A stretch of 64,000 nucleotides of DNA from a virus. Under the pieces are notes generated by a model. That model ran no database searches. It saw nothing but the letters and a program-made list of their open reading frames with translations, and was not told the DNA's origin. Below, piece after piece: positions 55,401 to 64,000 of the stretch (position 1 is the first letter of the stretch; each line of letters starts with the position of its first letter). Location: the IMG/VR virus record IMGVR_UViG_3300009164_000002, positions 2,968 to 66,967 of that record; one strand, given 5' to 3'. A program made the translations under genes and the position numbers.

Positions 55401-58400
55401 ACAATTTCTAGACAACAAAATAATATAGATAATGAGTGGACCACAAAACAAGATACAGGAAGCAATGCAAATAATCAGCAAAAGCCCATTACCCAGCAAA
55501 AAGATACTGGAGATAATGGAATACCCCAAGGAGACGGCAATCGCCAAACTCCAGACGCTGGCAATGCTGAGCAGGCACAACGCCCAAAAGTTGCACTTCC
55601 TACTCAAGGGGTAGCAAGTAAAACACCAGTAACCTATACTGATAAGGAAGGTAAGAGTTATCCAGCTGAGTTTCTAGGATACAAATCAATTGTTCAAGGA
55701 ACGCAGATGGTTGAGATTAAAGTTGGAGAGGCTACAAGAAGTGTGCCCATTGCTCAGCTTACAGTTGATTCTGTAAGTCCAGCAACTGCTCCTTCTCCTG
55801 CAACTGTAACTAAAATTGCTAATGGCAAATATAAGGTCACAACTCCAGCTGGCGACACAATGATTGAAATGAGCGATAACGCTCAAGCTTTAAAGTCAGC
55901 CAATGAAATGGCGAATAAATACAATCAATCTACAACTACTCAAACAACTACTGCTCCTGTAGCAGGTAAGCTTGAAGGTTCCGAGCGTATCAAAGATCCT
56001 AAAGTCAGAGCTATGGTTACTGCTGCTTCTAAAGTAGCTACCGATGCTGGTATTGATGTGGTCGTCGTGACTAATGCTAAAGAAGCTTTAGATGCAATGG
56101 AGGAGACTACTGAGACTGTTTCTAATGTTACCGATAATAATTTTAATGGCATTGCAAATATTAACAAATCGGGGCGTAAAGTTATTGTCATACATGCCAC
56201 TCAAGCAACTAAGAATGAAGGATTAATAAAGAAAACAGTTAAGCATGAAATGCTTCACATTGCTGAACAAGAGTTCAGAAAGACTGATGAAGGAAAAGCT
56301 CTCTTTGAAAAAGTTATTAAAGTTACCGATAAGAACAGTCCTGATTATGATCCTGAACTAGAGGCATTCATGGAAAAAGAATATCCGGGTTATAAGGATA
56401 TTAAAAACCCAAGGTGGAAGATGGAGGAGCTTGTTCGTGCCTTAATTGAAGGTAAGATGGACGGCAAGACATCAGGATTTGAAACATTTAAAAAATACGT
56501 CAAAGCATTTATTGATTACGTTCAAAAGACGTATCCCAAAGATTCAGCTATGGCTGAGTATATCAATGGCGTAGAAACCCAATACAATGATTGGCTAAAA
56601 GGATCTCAACAAACAAATGAAAATTATGAAACCAAAAAGCAAACCGAAAGTAAAAGTAGCAAAGCCAATGATGAAGCCAGCAATGAAGCCAATGACAAAA
56701 GGCAAAATGAAAGGAATGAAGTAGAACCGCCCACAGCGGCTGAAAAATTAAAAGCTAAAATAGCAGCTAGACTTGAAGAGAAGAAAAAATTCAAAGAGCA
56801 AGGCGAAACTGCAAAGACGGATGATGTGCCATTTAATCAAGCTCCACTTAGTCCTACTAAGACTGGTATAGAAGCAATAAACGATTTAATTGATACACTT
56901 AGTGATCTTCAAGAAAAGGGATCAACTAAAAAAGAAGCTACAAAAAAAGCAATTGAAGAACTTGCTAAATTAGATCTTTCTCCAGAAGATAGAATAGAAT
57001 TCGGTAATGATCTTGAAGAAGTAATTTCTGATTTATATCCTGACGATACTACTGCAATTCCTAATGTTGGACAAAGCAGTCAACGCCCTGTTATAAATGA
57101 ATCAGGAGTTCCTTCTTACGTAGTTAGTGTTAAAGAGATTGAAGATCCTAAGTATGTTGATTCGATGGGTGGTAGATGGGAATTTAATAATACTAATGGT
57201 ATTAAAAGTTATTCTTACATCCCCGCAGCAGGTAAGACATTAGATGTTACCATTGGCACTGTAGTGTCTATTGGCACTGACAATGGCATAGATTCAAATC
57301 GTGTGCTAGTCCTAGCTGGTATTGTAGGGCGTAACTATGTATTCAAAGAGATTAACCTAGAGGATACCCTTGATGCAGCTGTTGGGCGTAAATCAGCAAC
57401 TAAGCTTTATCAGCTTGGCAACCAATGGAACAATAATCGCTTAGTAGAAATTGCAGATAAAATTAAAGGTGATTTACCTAAGATGCTTCTTGCTGATGGC
57501 AATGTTAGCGAGAAAGAATTTAAAGCCATCCTTAAATCAGTTTTTGCTGTAATTGCACCAAACTTTGATATAGAAGAGATTCAATATAAAAGCCTCAATG
57601 GTGATTCATATTTTACTACTACTTTAGAAGAGGTTACAGAAGACAATCAAAATGTAGATACTGGTAAGACAAAATACACTGGTCCCCCTGTTGAAATGGA
57701 TGCTGATGGGAACCAGATCAAATTTAATTTAGCTCCTAAAAATGATGCTGGCGTAGCAGTTGCTGGTGTGTTTTATAAAGGCTTAGATGGTGAGTTAATA
57801 CCAGTTGGTAAATACGATAAACCTATCGTTAGGCGGGCTAAACCAAATAAGACTTCTACAAAGATTACTATTTCTGTAGATCAAGCTAAGATGCTTTCTG
57901 AGCTTCGTCAGATTTTTGATGGATATAAAATTGGGCAAGATAGAACTTATAATATGCTTGTCGCTACTGATGTAGCTCGGATGTTTGCTAAGTGGGTAGA
58001 TGAGGAAAGCATTCATATGGCACTATTGAGTGAGTTCAATTTAGAGGGAGATAGAGATAAACTTATTGCTGCTGCTAATGAAGCTGCACAGGCTTCAGGA
58101 CGTGCTGAGTCTATCCGCCGTATCTACGAGAAGACTGCTGCTGAACGCTTTGATGGCGTTGCTATTGATGCACTTACCGATGATCAAAAGATTGTAGTCT
58201 TCCATGAGGTAATTAGGAAGGTTAGTCAGCTAGTCACTTCTGGTTCATTCACTGAGATGCAGATTGATGATGCTAAAAGCTTAGTTGCTGCGCTCAATCA
58301 AGATGTCGCTTCAAGCAAGGCTAAGACAGGCATCTTTAAAGGACTTAAAACAGTTATGGAATTGCTGCATAGATATATGCGCAAGATGAACAACATGCTC

Positions 58401-61400
58401 TTTACTCGCCAATTAATGGGTCAATTATCTCCTGAGATGCAACAGCTTTTCCAACGCGTTGAAAGCGCTACAAGTAAAGCTGGTTTGCGTGGCGACGTAG
58501 ATATGATTGCGGATAAGGCATTAAATAATGCAATATTTGAATATGAACAATTCAAAGCTTCAGCCACTAAGGATATTGCTGCGGCAGTTTTCTCGACAGA
58601 TAGTTCGGATGCAATCAATCAATTGAAATCTTTCGTAAGTGGTCGTGATAGAATCTTTGCTAATGCTACAATTGAGGAGTTAATTGAAGTTGATTACATT
58701 GCTGGCACTTTGAAGCTTAGTGATACAGCTAGGAGTTTGATTGAACAATATCGTCCTAATGTTGATATTAAGAAGATTGATGAAGCGCTTAGTGTTCTCA
58801 ATGCTAATCCAGTTTCTGATTCAACTACAAAAGAAGGCATTAAAGATACCGCCCTATCAAACACTTCAGAATTTTCTAAAGGTCGTGGTGAGTCTTCCGT
58901 AAGGCTTACACAGTTGCAGTTAGTCATGGCTAATAGAGCACTTGAGGCTGCACGTTATCGTGTTGGCAATGTGCTTGATATGTTCAATGTTACATCTGCA
59001 AGTATTGAATCTAATCTTAGAGGAGAAGATAAACAAGGTTCTATTAGCGATGATAGAAGACGTAATTTTATTCTTGAGAATGTAAATAACTTAAAAGCGT
59101 TCTTTAGGGAGAGAGCTAAATATAAGGATTACAATGAAGAGGTTAAAACCTATATTACCCAGCTTCAAAATCGACGTGATGCTTCACTTGAGAAATTCGA
59201 CACGGCATCTAGGCAATTAGATTTGTCCGTCTTAAACGCAATTAAAGTAATTACAGAAAATCCCGATTCTATTGCATCACAGAATAATGCTTTTGATATA
59301 GCTGAGAAAATTGGATACGCTCCATTAGATCTTAGTTCTGGCAGAGTTGACATTAGTCGTTATGTAGATACTGGAACGCTTGGTCCTCAATCATTTGATC
59401 AATGGTTAAATGGATTGATGGAATATGCTTTGTTGAAATCAAGAATTGGTGATACAGCCATTGGCAAAGAAGCCTACGAGGTCAATGTTGATTCTGGCAC
59501 ACTTGGGCAGCTTTATAGTCCAGAGACTTACAACAAGCTTCTAGCTACCAAAGAATCCGACTTAAATAATATTGATGACATTATCAATACAGCTATAGAT
59601 CTTGTTCAAGAAGAAGGAGCAATTTCTACGCTTGAATCTAATGTCGATAGTGATTTTCAGAATCTTGTTGAATATAATAAAGCTCTTGAGGAATTTAATA
59701 ACATTCAAGAGAATTTTGTCCGTAGATCTCTTGGAGACTTTGGAGTTAAATCACAAGGTTATGGCTTAGGTTTTAACGATCTTAGCCTACCTAAAGGTAG
59801 TATTGATACGGTTTATATTCAATGGATGGAAGAGAATCGTCCAGAGGGTGGTATTAACATCCCGCCGATTCAAAGCGAAGAGTTGCCTGAAACTGCCGTC
59901 GGATTGAATGTTTTTGGTTATGATTATATCTCAACTGAAAAGAGCTATAGCGTCCAATCAACTTATGGTCAAAGAGATGAATTTGGAGTGAGGAAGGCTG
60001 AGCACAAAATTCCTATGGATTGGATTGTTACTGGTCAAGTTAACAATGAAGTTAATCCATATGATACGATGATTCGTAATAATGCTGCGGCTATTGGGAG
60101 AACATTCGCCAGAGATTTGATACAGATTTCTGGTAAAGGATTAACTCTCAATACTGATTCAGTTAAAGACTTACGTAAAACTGGTGGTTTTAATTTTACC
60201 TTTGATGATAGTGATGGCCCTAAAGCCATGATTCAATTTCCATCAATGCCAAATGCTGCTTTAACTAATCTATCTAATTGGAAGCTTACTGATAAGACTC
60301 TTACTAAAGATCTTAAAGCAATGATTGGCGTTAGTGCTTATACAGCATCAGAAGGAACAATGTTCTTTGAGGGGAACAATCCTGTAACTAATGTTGATGT
60401 TGATTACATTCCTGAATTTGGAATTGAAGAAGGCTTTGATCAATCAACTTTATTTGGAGCTTTGGATCGAATCACTCATTGGATGCGTCAAATTCAAGAG
60501 ACTGTTGATAATGCTCAAATGACCTATGGAGATAACCATACAACTTTAGCAGGACATCTTAGCCCTATTCTACAAACAAGATTAAATGAAGCCAATAAAT
60601 ACATGGCTCTTTATCACAAGCACGTAGCAGATACATTAGCTAAAGCACCGAGTGATAAAATTGGTAATGAGGTTGCAACGAATCTTATTCAAGTTGATCG
60701 TCAAGATGGCGACATTACAGTTCATCCTTTTGAGAATATGAGCAGGGCGTTTAGGCTCTTGGCTAAGACAGTTTCTTATACTCGTTCATCTTACGCGGCT
60801 TACACTGATAAGAATTGGAATAAAAACCAAATGCGTGAGTTGGTTGCTTCTTCTAGAGACGCTGGATTTAAAGTCACTAAAGGGTTCTCTTATCTCCGCG
60901 ATTATGCTGGCGATCCTGCTACTGATTCACAAGTTGAGTTCAACTATAAATATGCTGCTGGTGCAAGCAAGAAGTATAAAGTTTCTGCTCATTGGGCTTT
61001 TGAAGCAATGAACGCTTACAATAAAACTGAATGGTCAAATGATCATTTAGAAAAGATGGGTAAAGTCCCATTACAATATAAAAAGGTTCCAGTTTTTGAA
61101 ACAGATCCTAATGGTGAGGTTATATTCGAAGATGTTTTAGATGATGATGGTAATATTGTTTATGAAAAAGTTAGTGGTGGTTTCGACTCATTAGGTAATC
61201 CGTTACCTGAAGTAGATAAGCGTGAGAAGTATTATGATGAAAAGTCAGGACTAGAACTTATGCGTAGCATACCGCTGCGTCGCGCTAAGCAGAAATACAG
61301 GAAAGATATAGATGAGAATGGCGTTGAGGTATTAATTCCTATGACGCAATGGACTAATAATCTATCTCAATATAATTTCTCAGATAATGAAACATTCGGA

Positions 61401-64000
61401 GTTGTCGATAAAACAGATGGTCGTCCAAATCAACAATTTGGCATGGGCGAGCAAAGCGCTGCTCTCTCAGATCAATCTGCGGAGTATCTCAAGAAACGCA
61501 TGGATGATCCTAATCGTTGGAAACGTCAATGGTTCTCTACTACAATTTTGGAGTTAGGCATGGCTATTCCTAAATTTAAGAACAAAGAATCAGCTAGAGT
61601 ATCTATTGATAATGCACGTCGGTTTAGGGATGCTTTCCTCAATGTATTTGCCCCAGCTTATTTTGAGCCAACTGCTGCTGAAATGCAGGACGAGAATTAT
61701 GTTCCAACAGTCAAGCCAACATCATCTGATTTTAGATCTGTAGTAGGCATGGCTATGGATGGATTATTCCATGATGCTAATTTCTCTAAGGATACACGCC
61801 TAGCCTACATGAATGAGTTTATGGACTCTGTTCCATACGGCAAGGGCGGAGCTTCTACAGACCCACTTACGTTCCTTATAGACCTAATTCAGTTTAAGAC
61901 TGATAAAGAATTAGCATTGATTGATTCTATTCGTGTTAAGAATGAGGAGACTGTGATGGATGGGATTGCTGGTTTGATTTTTGAGGCTACGGCATTTCAT
62001 GAAAAATCCACAAAAGATGATTCTCTTGTAGCTGTAAAAGAAAATCTTAAGTCAAACAAATCCGTTGCGGCAATTCAAAAAGCCTTTATGGATAAAGATA
62101 AGCAAGATATCTTTGCGACTTCTGAGGATAAGCCAAACATATTTAGTAATGCTGATGAGGTCGAACAAATTGTTTTGGCGTTAATTGAAGATAAAAATAA
62201 ACCAAGTGGCGCGGCTTTATTCTACGCTTCTTCTCTTCGTGACGCTGAGCAGTTATACATTTCAAGCGATAAAGGTCTTAGTTTGCTTCTTCAAAACACT
62301 ATTAGGGATACTCTTATTTATTCTCCTAATAAAATGGTTAAGGATGCTAGTGGAAATGAAATTGGTTTGAGGTATTTCCCAAGTCGTAACGGCAAGCCCG
62401 GTTTCTTATACGCTCCTCAAACATATAACAATGATACGTCAAGAGAAGATGCTTACAGAGCTTATACACAGGCAATGATTGAGCATGCTAAGATTCCCGA
62501 TAATGCTGCGGCAATCAAGGAATTTGCTGAAGATGTTCGTAGCATATTAAATCCACATTTGATGTATGCTGAATCATCTCGTTCATTTAATAATGATAGA
62601 GATTTATTATTGGAATACGCTAAAGAAGAAGTGTTGAAACTTTATGGTTCAACTGACGAGGCTATGGTTGATTTGTATGCATCGCATTTGATTAACATGA
62701 AGCCTCAGATGGATGCAGTTGGTCTTGCTTTTAGTCGGGCTAAAGTGCTTAAGGAATCCTTAAGAGAATCTGGTGAGACTCTTGAATATGCTAAGGTTAA
62801 TAGTTCTGTAATAGATTCTGCTGCTATTGGATATGAAGGTGGAGAGTTTACGCTGGTTGATGACATTGTTCTCTTTGTAGAGATGATGAATAATCCTAAG
62901 CTGAAAGAAATCTATGATTCCGTTAAAATGGGTTCATTGGATATTGGTAATACCACTCTTCCTGATAACACAATTAAAGCAGTTATTGATTCAGTTGTTG
63001 AGGTAAATCGCAAGTATGAAGAGACTGCTCAAGATTACGGAAACAGAAGTGATCTTAAAGAATTAGAAGAAGAGAAGCCGAATCTTGGCTTGGATAAAGA
63101 CGTAAAAGAATCTGATGAGGTTACTGGCAATTTAACTAGGTCAAAATTATTTAATGATCTCAATGCACTTGTTGTTCAAGCTAGAGCAGAGGGAACAAAC
63201 CTTAAAGGTAAGATTAATATAGCAATGTTGGATGCTGTATTAAGCGAAAGAGAAGACTATGAAGGCACTCGCATAGCCCCATCTGATGCATACCTCATCC
63301 AACTATTCAACACCATCCTTATCAATACCAAAGAAAATCAACAAACATCTCAATTCAGACAAAGCGCTCCTAACCGAGCAATTCTTGCTGGAGATACTAT
63401 TGCGGATGCGGCTCGTCCAATTCTCCCAATGGTAAACAAAGATGGTGTTTATAATGGGAACTGGGGTTCGATGGCAACTCAACCTGTTAATGGTCGTAAC
63501 AATACTCAAGCAACTATTAACTTCGCTAGAAATCGTAGGAATGACACAATAACTGGAATGTTGTCGCTAGTTGGAAACATTAATGAACTCATTGAGAAAG
63601 CAGCTGAACAAGAGCAACAACGTGGCAATAAACGTTTACAATCTAAAGATAGAGCTAAAGATTTAAGTGATGATCTTGAGGCTAATGTTCCGTATTTTGA
63701 ATCGCAAAAAGTAGACATTGTAATTACTGATTCTATTATTGATCAATTAAGAGAGCTTCTACCTAATGGATTGGTCGATGATGCAATGGCTCAAAGTTCT
63801 GATCGTATTTTAGGTAGGCTAAACCAAGAGACTGGTAAACGTGAGGGTGGGCTTGTTCAACTACGTGATGCAGTTCAAAAGGAATTGGAATTAGCTATTA
63901 AAACAAGAGAAGCTCTTGAAGCTAAGATTACAAATAAAGGACTAGATAACGTCTTCAATAATCTTAATGATGAGGCATACGCTCCTGAGATTGCGCGTAT
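52452..64000 (+). CDS. giant virion/ejection polyvalent protein, at least 3849 aa, 3'-truncated
   Basis: ATG at 52452 (MPFDLDAIFGG...); the parts translated by hand are open, the frame is still open at 64000 and the ORF track lists no closed ORF in this frame; Gly-rich TM-like segments near 53.8-54 kb; zincin HEMLH at 56244-56258. Confidence 0.88.
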   Translation, partial: MPFDLDAIFGGSLEDLNAQTEKPIGDLTDPRNIMLFDEWANATPEKRKSELVDVAFNAHYKALEADKAKKVEIVNEKGEKQEINIFTPDGNVSNQGNDYLKRTKSMFDAAADSPTGGVYTDEFDGQRRVESWTGELYNKRKIVDPLEDYDKLKKSNDSLQEEGKSDWSFDKYVQLKNEELGLKEGDPARISSDNKALKEQFDNRKELSEVTKESFGENYIIKKGGVYLLNPERIGEITKMKEAINALDISSSDKKLMLLDYRSKFNEVGGQYVSEAAAAEASSVSFLPTNMSGSALSPAVGLGPLTPILRDAGGRIKEAVGMDRQDLQSKFERFMSEGKGDVFDFAEQNAEVFNKDNYSWGDKLSNEFWSAGRATGAGIMTLAGAVSGNDDLKEFATSFAGDSQAFTDMASKGLMNESEIALGITNKDLYNVGGQITNMMATFGTGSIIKAGLIGAGKVGLMKSMSIAAAKAAGTAAGGVLGGYGGEAIGEAVGGDVGGTIGGIAGSLVGGGLGLKGVSELKGTGLAERLSKITAASEKKIAGAADELAQKSFIHRNALGMIKDPSAYIGSMQATGLSFGSEYNRLIESGVPQDQAYNQALNEGLASGASALIATSVFNRIAPGAERLMSGVEGSLSQSFVKNMASRFNGAAGMEATREVIEELSTDKALTSAIFKGVKETMNESAKKAGLRGYGMAADVAAESIEEMTDEALNDVFSYMLDDSKKWEDQNVWANISNNFADYVKAGVLGAIGGAMGGSINSGAEIGKLIVSPEARAEFKKETKTNIEAQWKMLADTSKTFTPELRTALNVDPNSKKALNLAEYVSSFEGPITPALIAEKSKAFTSMALLSNQAALETAIKGSEPVAEGDKEPKMPLAEAMKGFSRQAPGSSNQVLQAVFGENPNFNKDLEVAPDKKGIKITGDPEFAGATLYPVRIGNETSAIAMVEKKDGTVSYVSPTKAKELLVSNGQAKLSNQIKSFDDTISRQQNNIDNEWTTKQDTGSNANNQQKPITQQKDTGDNGIPQGDGNRQTPDAGNAEQAQRPKVALPTQGVASKTPVTYTDKEGKSYPAEFLGYKSIVQGTQMVEIKVGEATRSVPIAQLTVDSVSPATAPSPATVTKIANGKYKVTTPAGDTMIEMSDNAQALKSANEMANKYNQSTTTQTTTAPVAGKLEGSERIKDPKVRAMVTAASKVATDAGIDVVVVTNAKEALDAMEETTETVSNVTDNNFNGIANINKSGRKVIVIHATQATKNEGLIKKTVKHEMLHIAEQEFRKTDEGKALFEKVIKVTDKNSPDYDPELEAFMEKEYPGYKDIKNPRWKMEELVRALIEGKMDGKTSGFETFKKYVKAFIDYVQKTYPKDSAMAEYINGVETQYNDWLKGSQQTNENYETKKQTESKSSKANDEASNEANDKRQNERNEVEPPTAAEKLKAKIAARLEEKKKFKEQGETAKTDDVPFNQAPLSPTKTGIEAINDLIDTLSDLQEKGSTKKEATKKAIEELAKLDLSPEDRIEFGNDLEEVISDLYPDDTTAIPNVGQSSQRPVINESGVPSYVVSVKEIEDPKYVDSMGGRWEFNNTNGIKSYSYIPAAGKTLDVTIGTVVSIGTDNGIDSNRVLVLAGIVGRNYVFKEINLEDTLDAAVGRKSATKLYQLGNQWNNNRLVEIADKIKGDLPKMLLADGNVSEKEFKAILKSVFAVIAPNFDIEEIQYKSLNGDSYFTTTLEEVTEDNQNVDTGKTKYTGPPVEMDADGNQIKFNLAPKNDAGVAVAGVFYKGLDGELIPVGKYDKPIVRRAKPNKTSTKITISVDQAKMLSELRQIFDGYKIGQDRTYNMLVATDVARMFAKWVDEESIHMALLSEFNLEGDRDKLIAAANEAAQASGRAESIRRIYEKTAAERFDGVAIDALTDDQKIVVFHEVIRKVSQLVTSGSFTEMQIDDAKSLVAALNQDVASSKAKTGIFKGLKTVMELLHRYMRKMNNMLFTRQLMGQLSPEMQQLFQRVESATSKAGLRGDVDMIADKALNNAIFEYEQFKASATKDIAAAVFSTDSSDAINQLKSFVSGRDRIFANATIEELIEVDYIAGTLKLSDTARSLIEQYRPNVDIKKIDEALSVLNANPVSDSTTKEGIKDTALSNTSEFSKGRGESSVRLTQLQLVMANRALEAARYRVGNVLDMFNVTSASIESNLRGEDKQGSISDDRRRNFILENVNNLKAFFRERAKYKDYNEEVKTYITQLQNRRDASLEKFDTASRQLDLSVLNAIKVITENPDSIASQNNAFDIAEKIGYAPLDLSSGRVDISRYVDTGTLGPQSFDQWLNGLMEYALLKSRIGDTAIGKEAYEVNVDSGTLGQLYSPETYNKLLATKESDLNNIDDIINTAIDLVQEEGAISTLESNVDSDFQNLVEYNKALEEFNNIQENFVRRSLGDFGVKSQGYGLGFNDLSLPKGSIDTVYIQWMEENRPEGGINIPPIQSEELPETAVGLNVFGYDYISTEKSYSVQSTYGQRDEFGVRKAEHKIPMDWIVTGQVNNEVNPYDTMIRNNAAAIGRTFARDLIQISGKGLTLNTDSVKDLRKTGGFNFTFDDSDGPKAMIQFPSMPNAALTNLSNWKLTDKTLTKDLKAMIGVSAYTASEGTMFFEGNNPVTNVDVDYIPEFGIEEGFDQSTLFGALDRITHWMRQIQETVDNAQMTYGDNHTTLAGHLSPILQTRLNEANKYMALYHKHVADTLAKAPSDKIGNEVATNLIQVDRQDGDITVHPFENMSRAFRLLAKTVSYTRSSYAAYTDKNWNKNQMRELVASSRDAGFKVTKGFSYLRDYAGDPATDSQVEFNYKYAAGASKKYKVSAHWAFEAMNAYNKTEWSNDHLEKMGKVPLQYKKVPVFETDPNGEVIFEDVLDDDGNIVYEKVSGGFDSLGNPLPEVDKREKYYDEKSGLELMRSIPLRRAKQKYRKDIDENGVEVLIPMTQWTNNLSQYNFSDNETFGVVDKTDGRPNQQFGMGEQSAALSDQSAEYLKKRMDDPNRWKRQWFSTTILELGMAIPKFKNKESARVSIDNARRFRDAFLNVFAPAYFEPTAAEMQDENYVPTVKPTSSDFRSVVGMAMDGLFHDANFSKDTRLAYMNEFMDSVPYGKGGASTDPLTFLIDLIQFKTDKELALIDSIRVKNEETVMDGIAGLIFEATAFHEKSTKDDSLVAVKENLKSNKSVAAIQKAFMDKDKQDIFATSEDKPNIFSNADEVEQIVLALIEDKNKPSGAALFYASSLRDAEQLYISSDKGLSLLLQNTIRDTLIYSPNKMVKDASGNEIGLRYFPSRNGKPGFLYAPQTYNNDTSREDAYRAYTQAMIEHAKIPDNAAAIKEFAEDVRSILNPHLMYAESSRSFNNDRDLLLEYAKEEVLKLYGSTDEAMVDLYASHLINMKPQMDAVGLAFSRAKVLKESLRESGETLEYAKVNSSVIDSAAIGYEGGEFTLVDDIVLFVEMMNNPKLKEIYDSVKMGSLDIGNTTLPDNTIKAVIDSVVEVNRKYEETAQDYGNRSDLKELEEEKPNLGLDKDVKESDEVTGNLTRSKLFNDLNALVVQARAEGTNLKGKINIAMLDAVLSEREDYEGTRIAPSDAYLIQLFNTILINTKENQQTSQFRQSAPNRAILAGDTIADAARPILPMVNKDGVYNGNWGSMATQPVNGRNNTQATINFARNRRNDTITGMLSLVGNINELIEKAAEQEQQRGNKRLQSKDRAKDLSDDLEANVPYFESQKVDIVITDSIIDQLRELLPNGLVDDAMAQSSDRILGRLNQETGKREGGLVQLRDAVQKELELAIKTREALEAKITNKGLDNVFNNLNDEAYAPEIAR

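Noticed and set aside
59330-60720. DLSSGR and DRQDGD as RNA polymerase catalytic motifs in the giant ORF
   Set aside because: They match neither T7-type motifs A/B/C nor DxDGD/DFDID in context; too weak to call.
52452-64000. Alternative genetic code or non-coding desert explaining the empty ORF track
   Set aside because: A single standard-code frame is open here; it is unlisted only because it has no stop in the window.

Overview
This window is most of a tailed-phage genome with a podovirus-like layout. The overlapping spanin-like lipoprotein pair points to a Gram-negative host, and the starts lack Shine-Dalgarno motifs. Minus strand 2.2-28 kb holds early/replication genes: T7-like primase-helicase, SSB, PD-(D/E)XK nucleases, DUF932, HNHs, MazG-like, a permuted GHKL ATPase and many small orphans. 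Plus strand 24.9-64 kb holds terminase, an LRR-fibre/sulfotransferase cassette, portal, scaffold, capsid, lysis, tail and ejection proteins. It ends in a giant ORF of at least 3849 aa (52452 to the window end, absent from the ORF track); the 5'-truncated ORF at 2-2203 may be its C-terminus. The most interesting non-coding signals are three. (i) Five covarying C-GNA-G DNA mini-hairpins (AGCRC-GWA-GYGYT) lie on the template strand upstream of early transcription units and resemble N4 virion-RNA-polymerase promoters. (ii) A TTTAG-N5-CTAAA palindrome occurs about 12 times, mostly just before starts. (iii) A tmRNA with an unusually long 30-aa tag is accompanied by several structured small RNAs with tRNA-like acceptor/CCA ends. 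All calls come from reading motifs by eye; no database searches were run.
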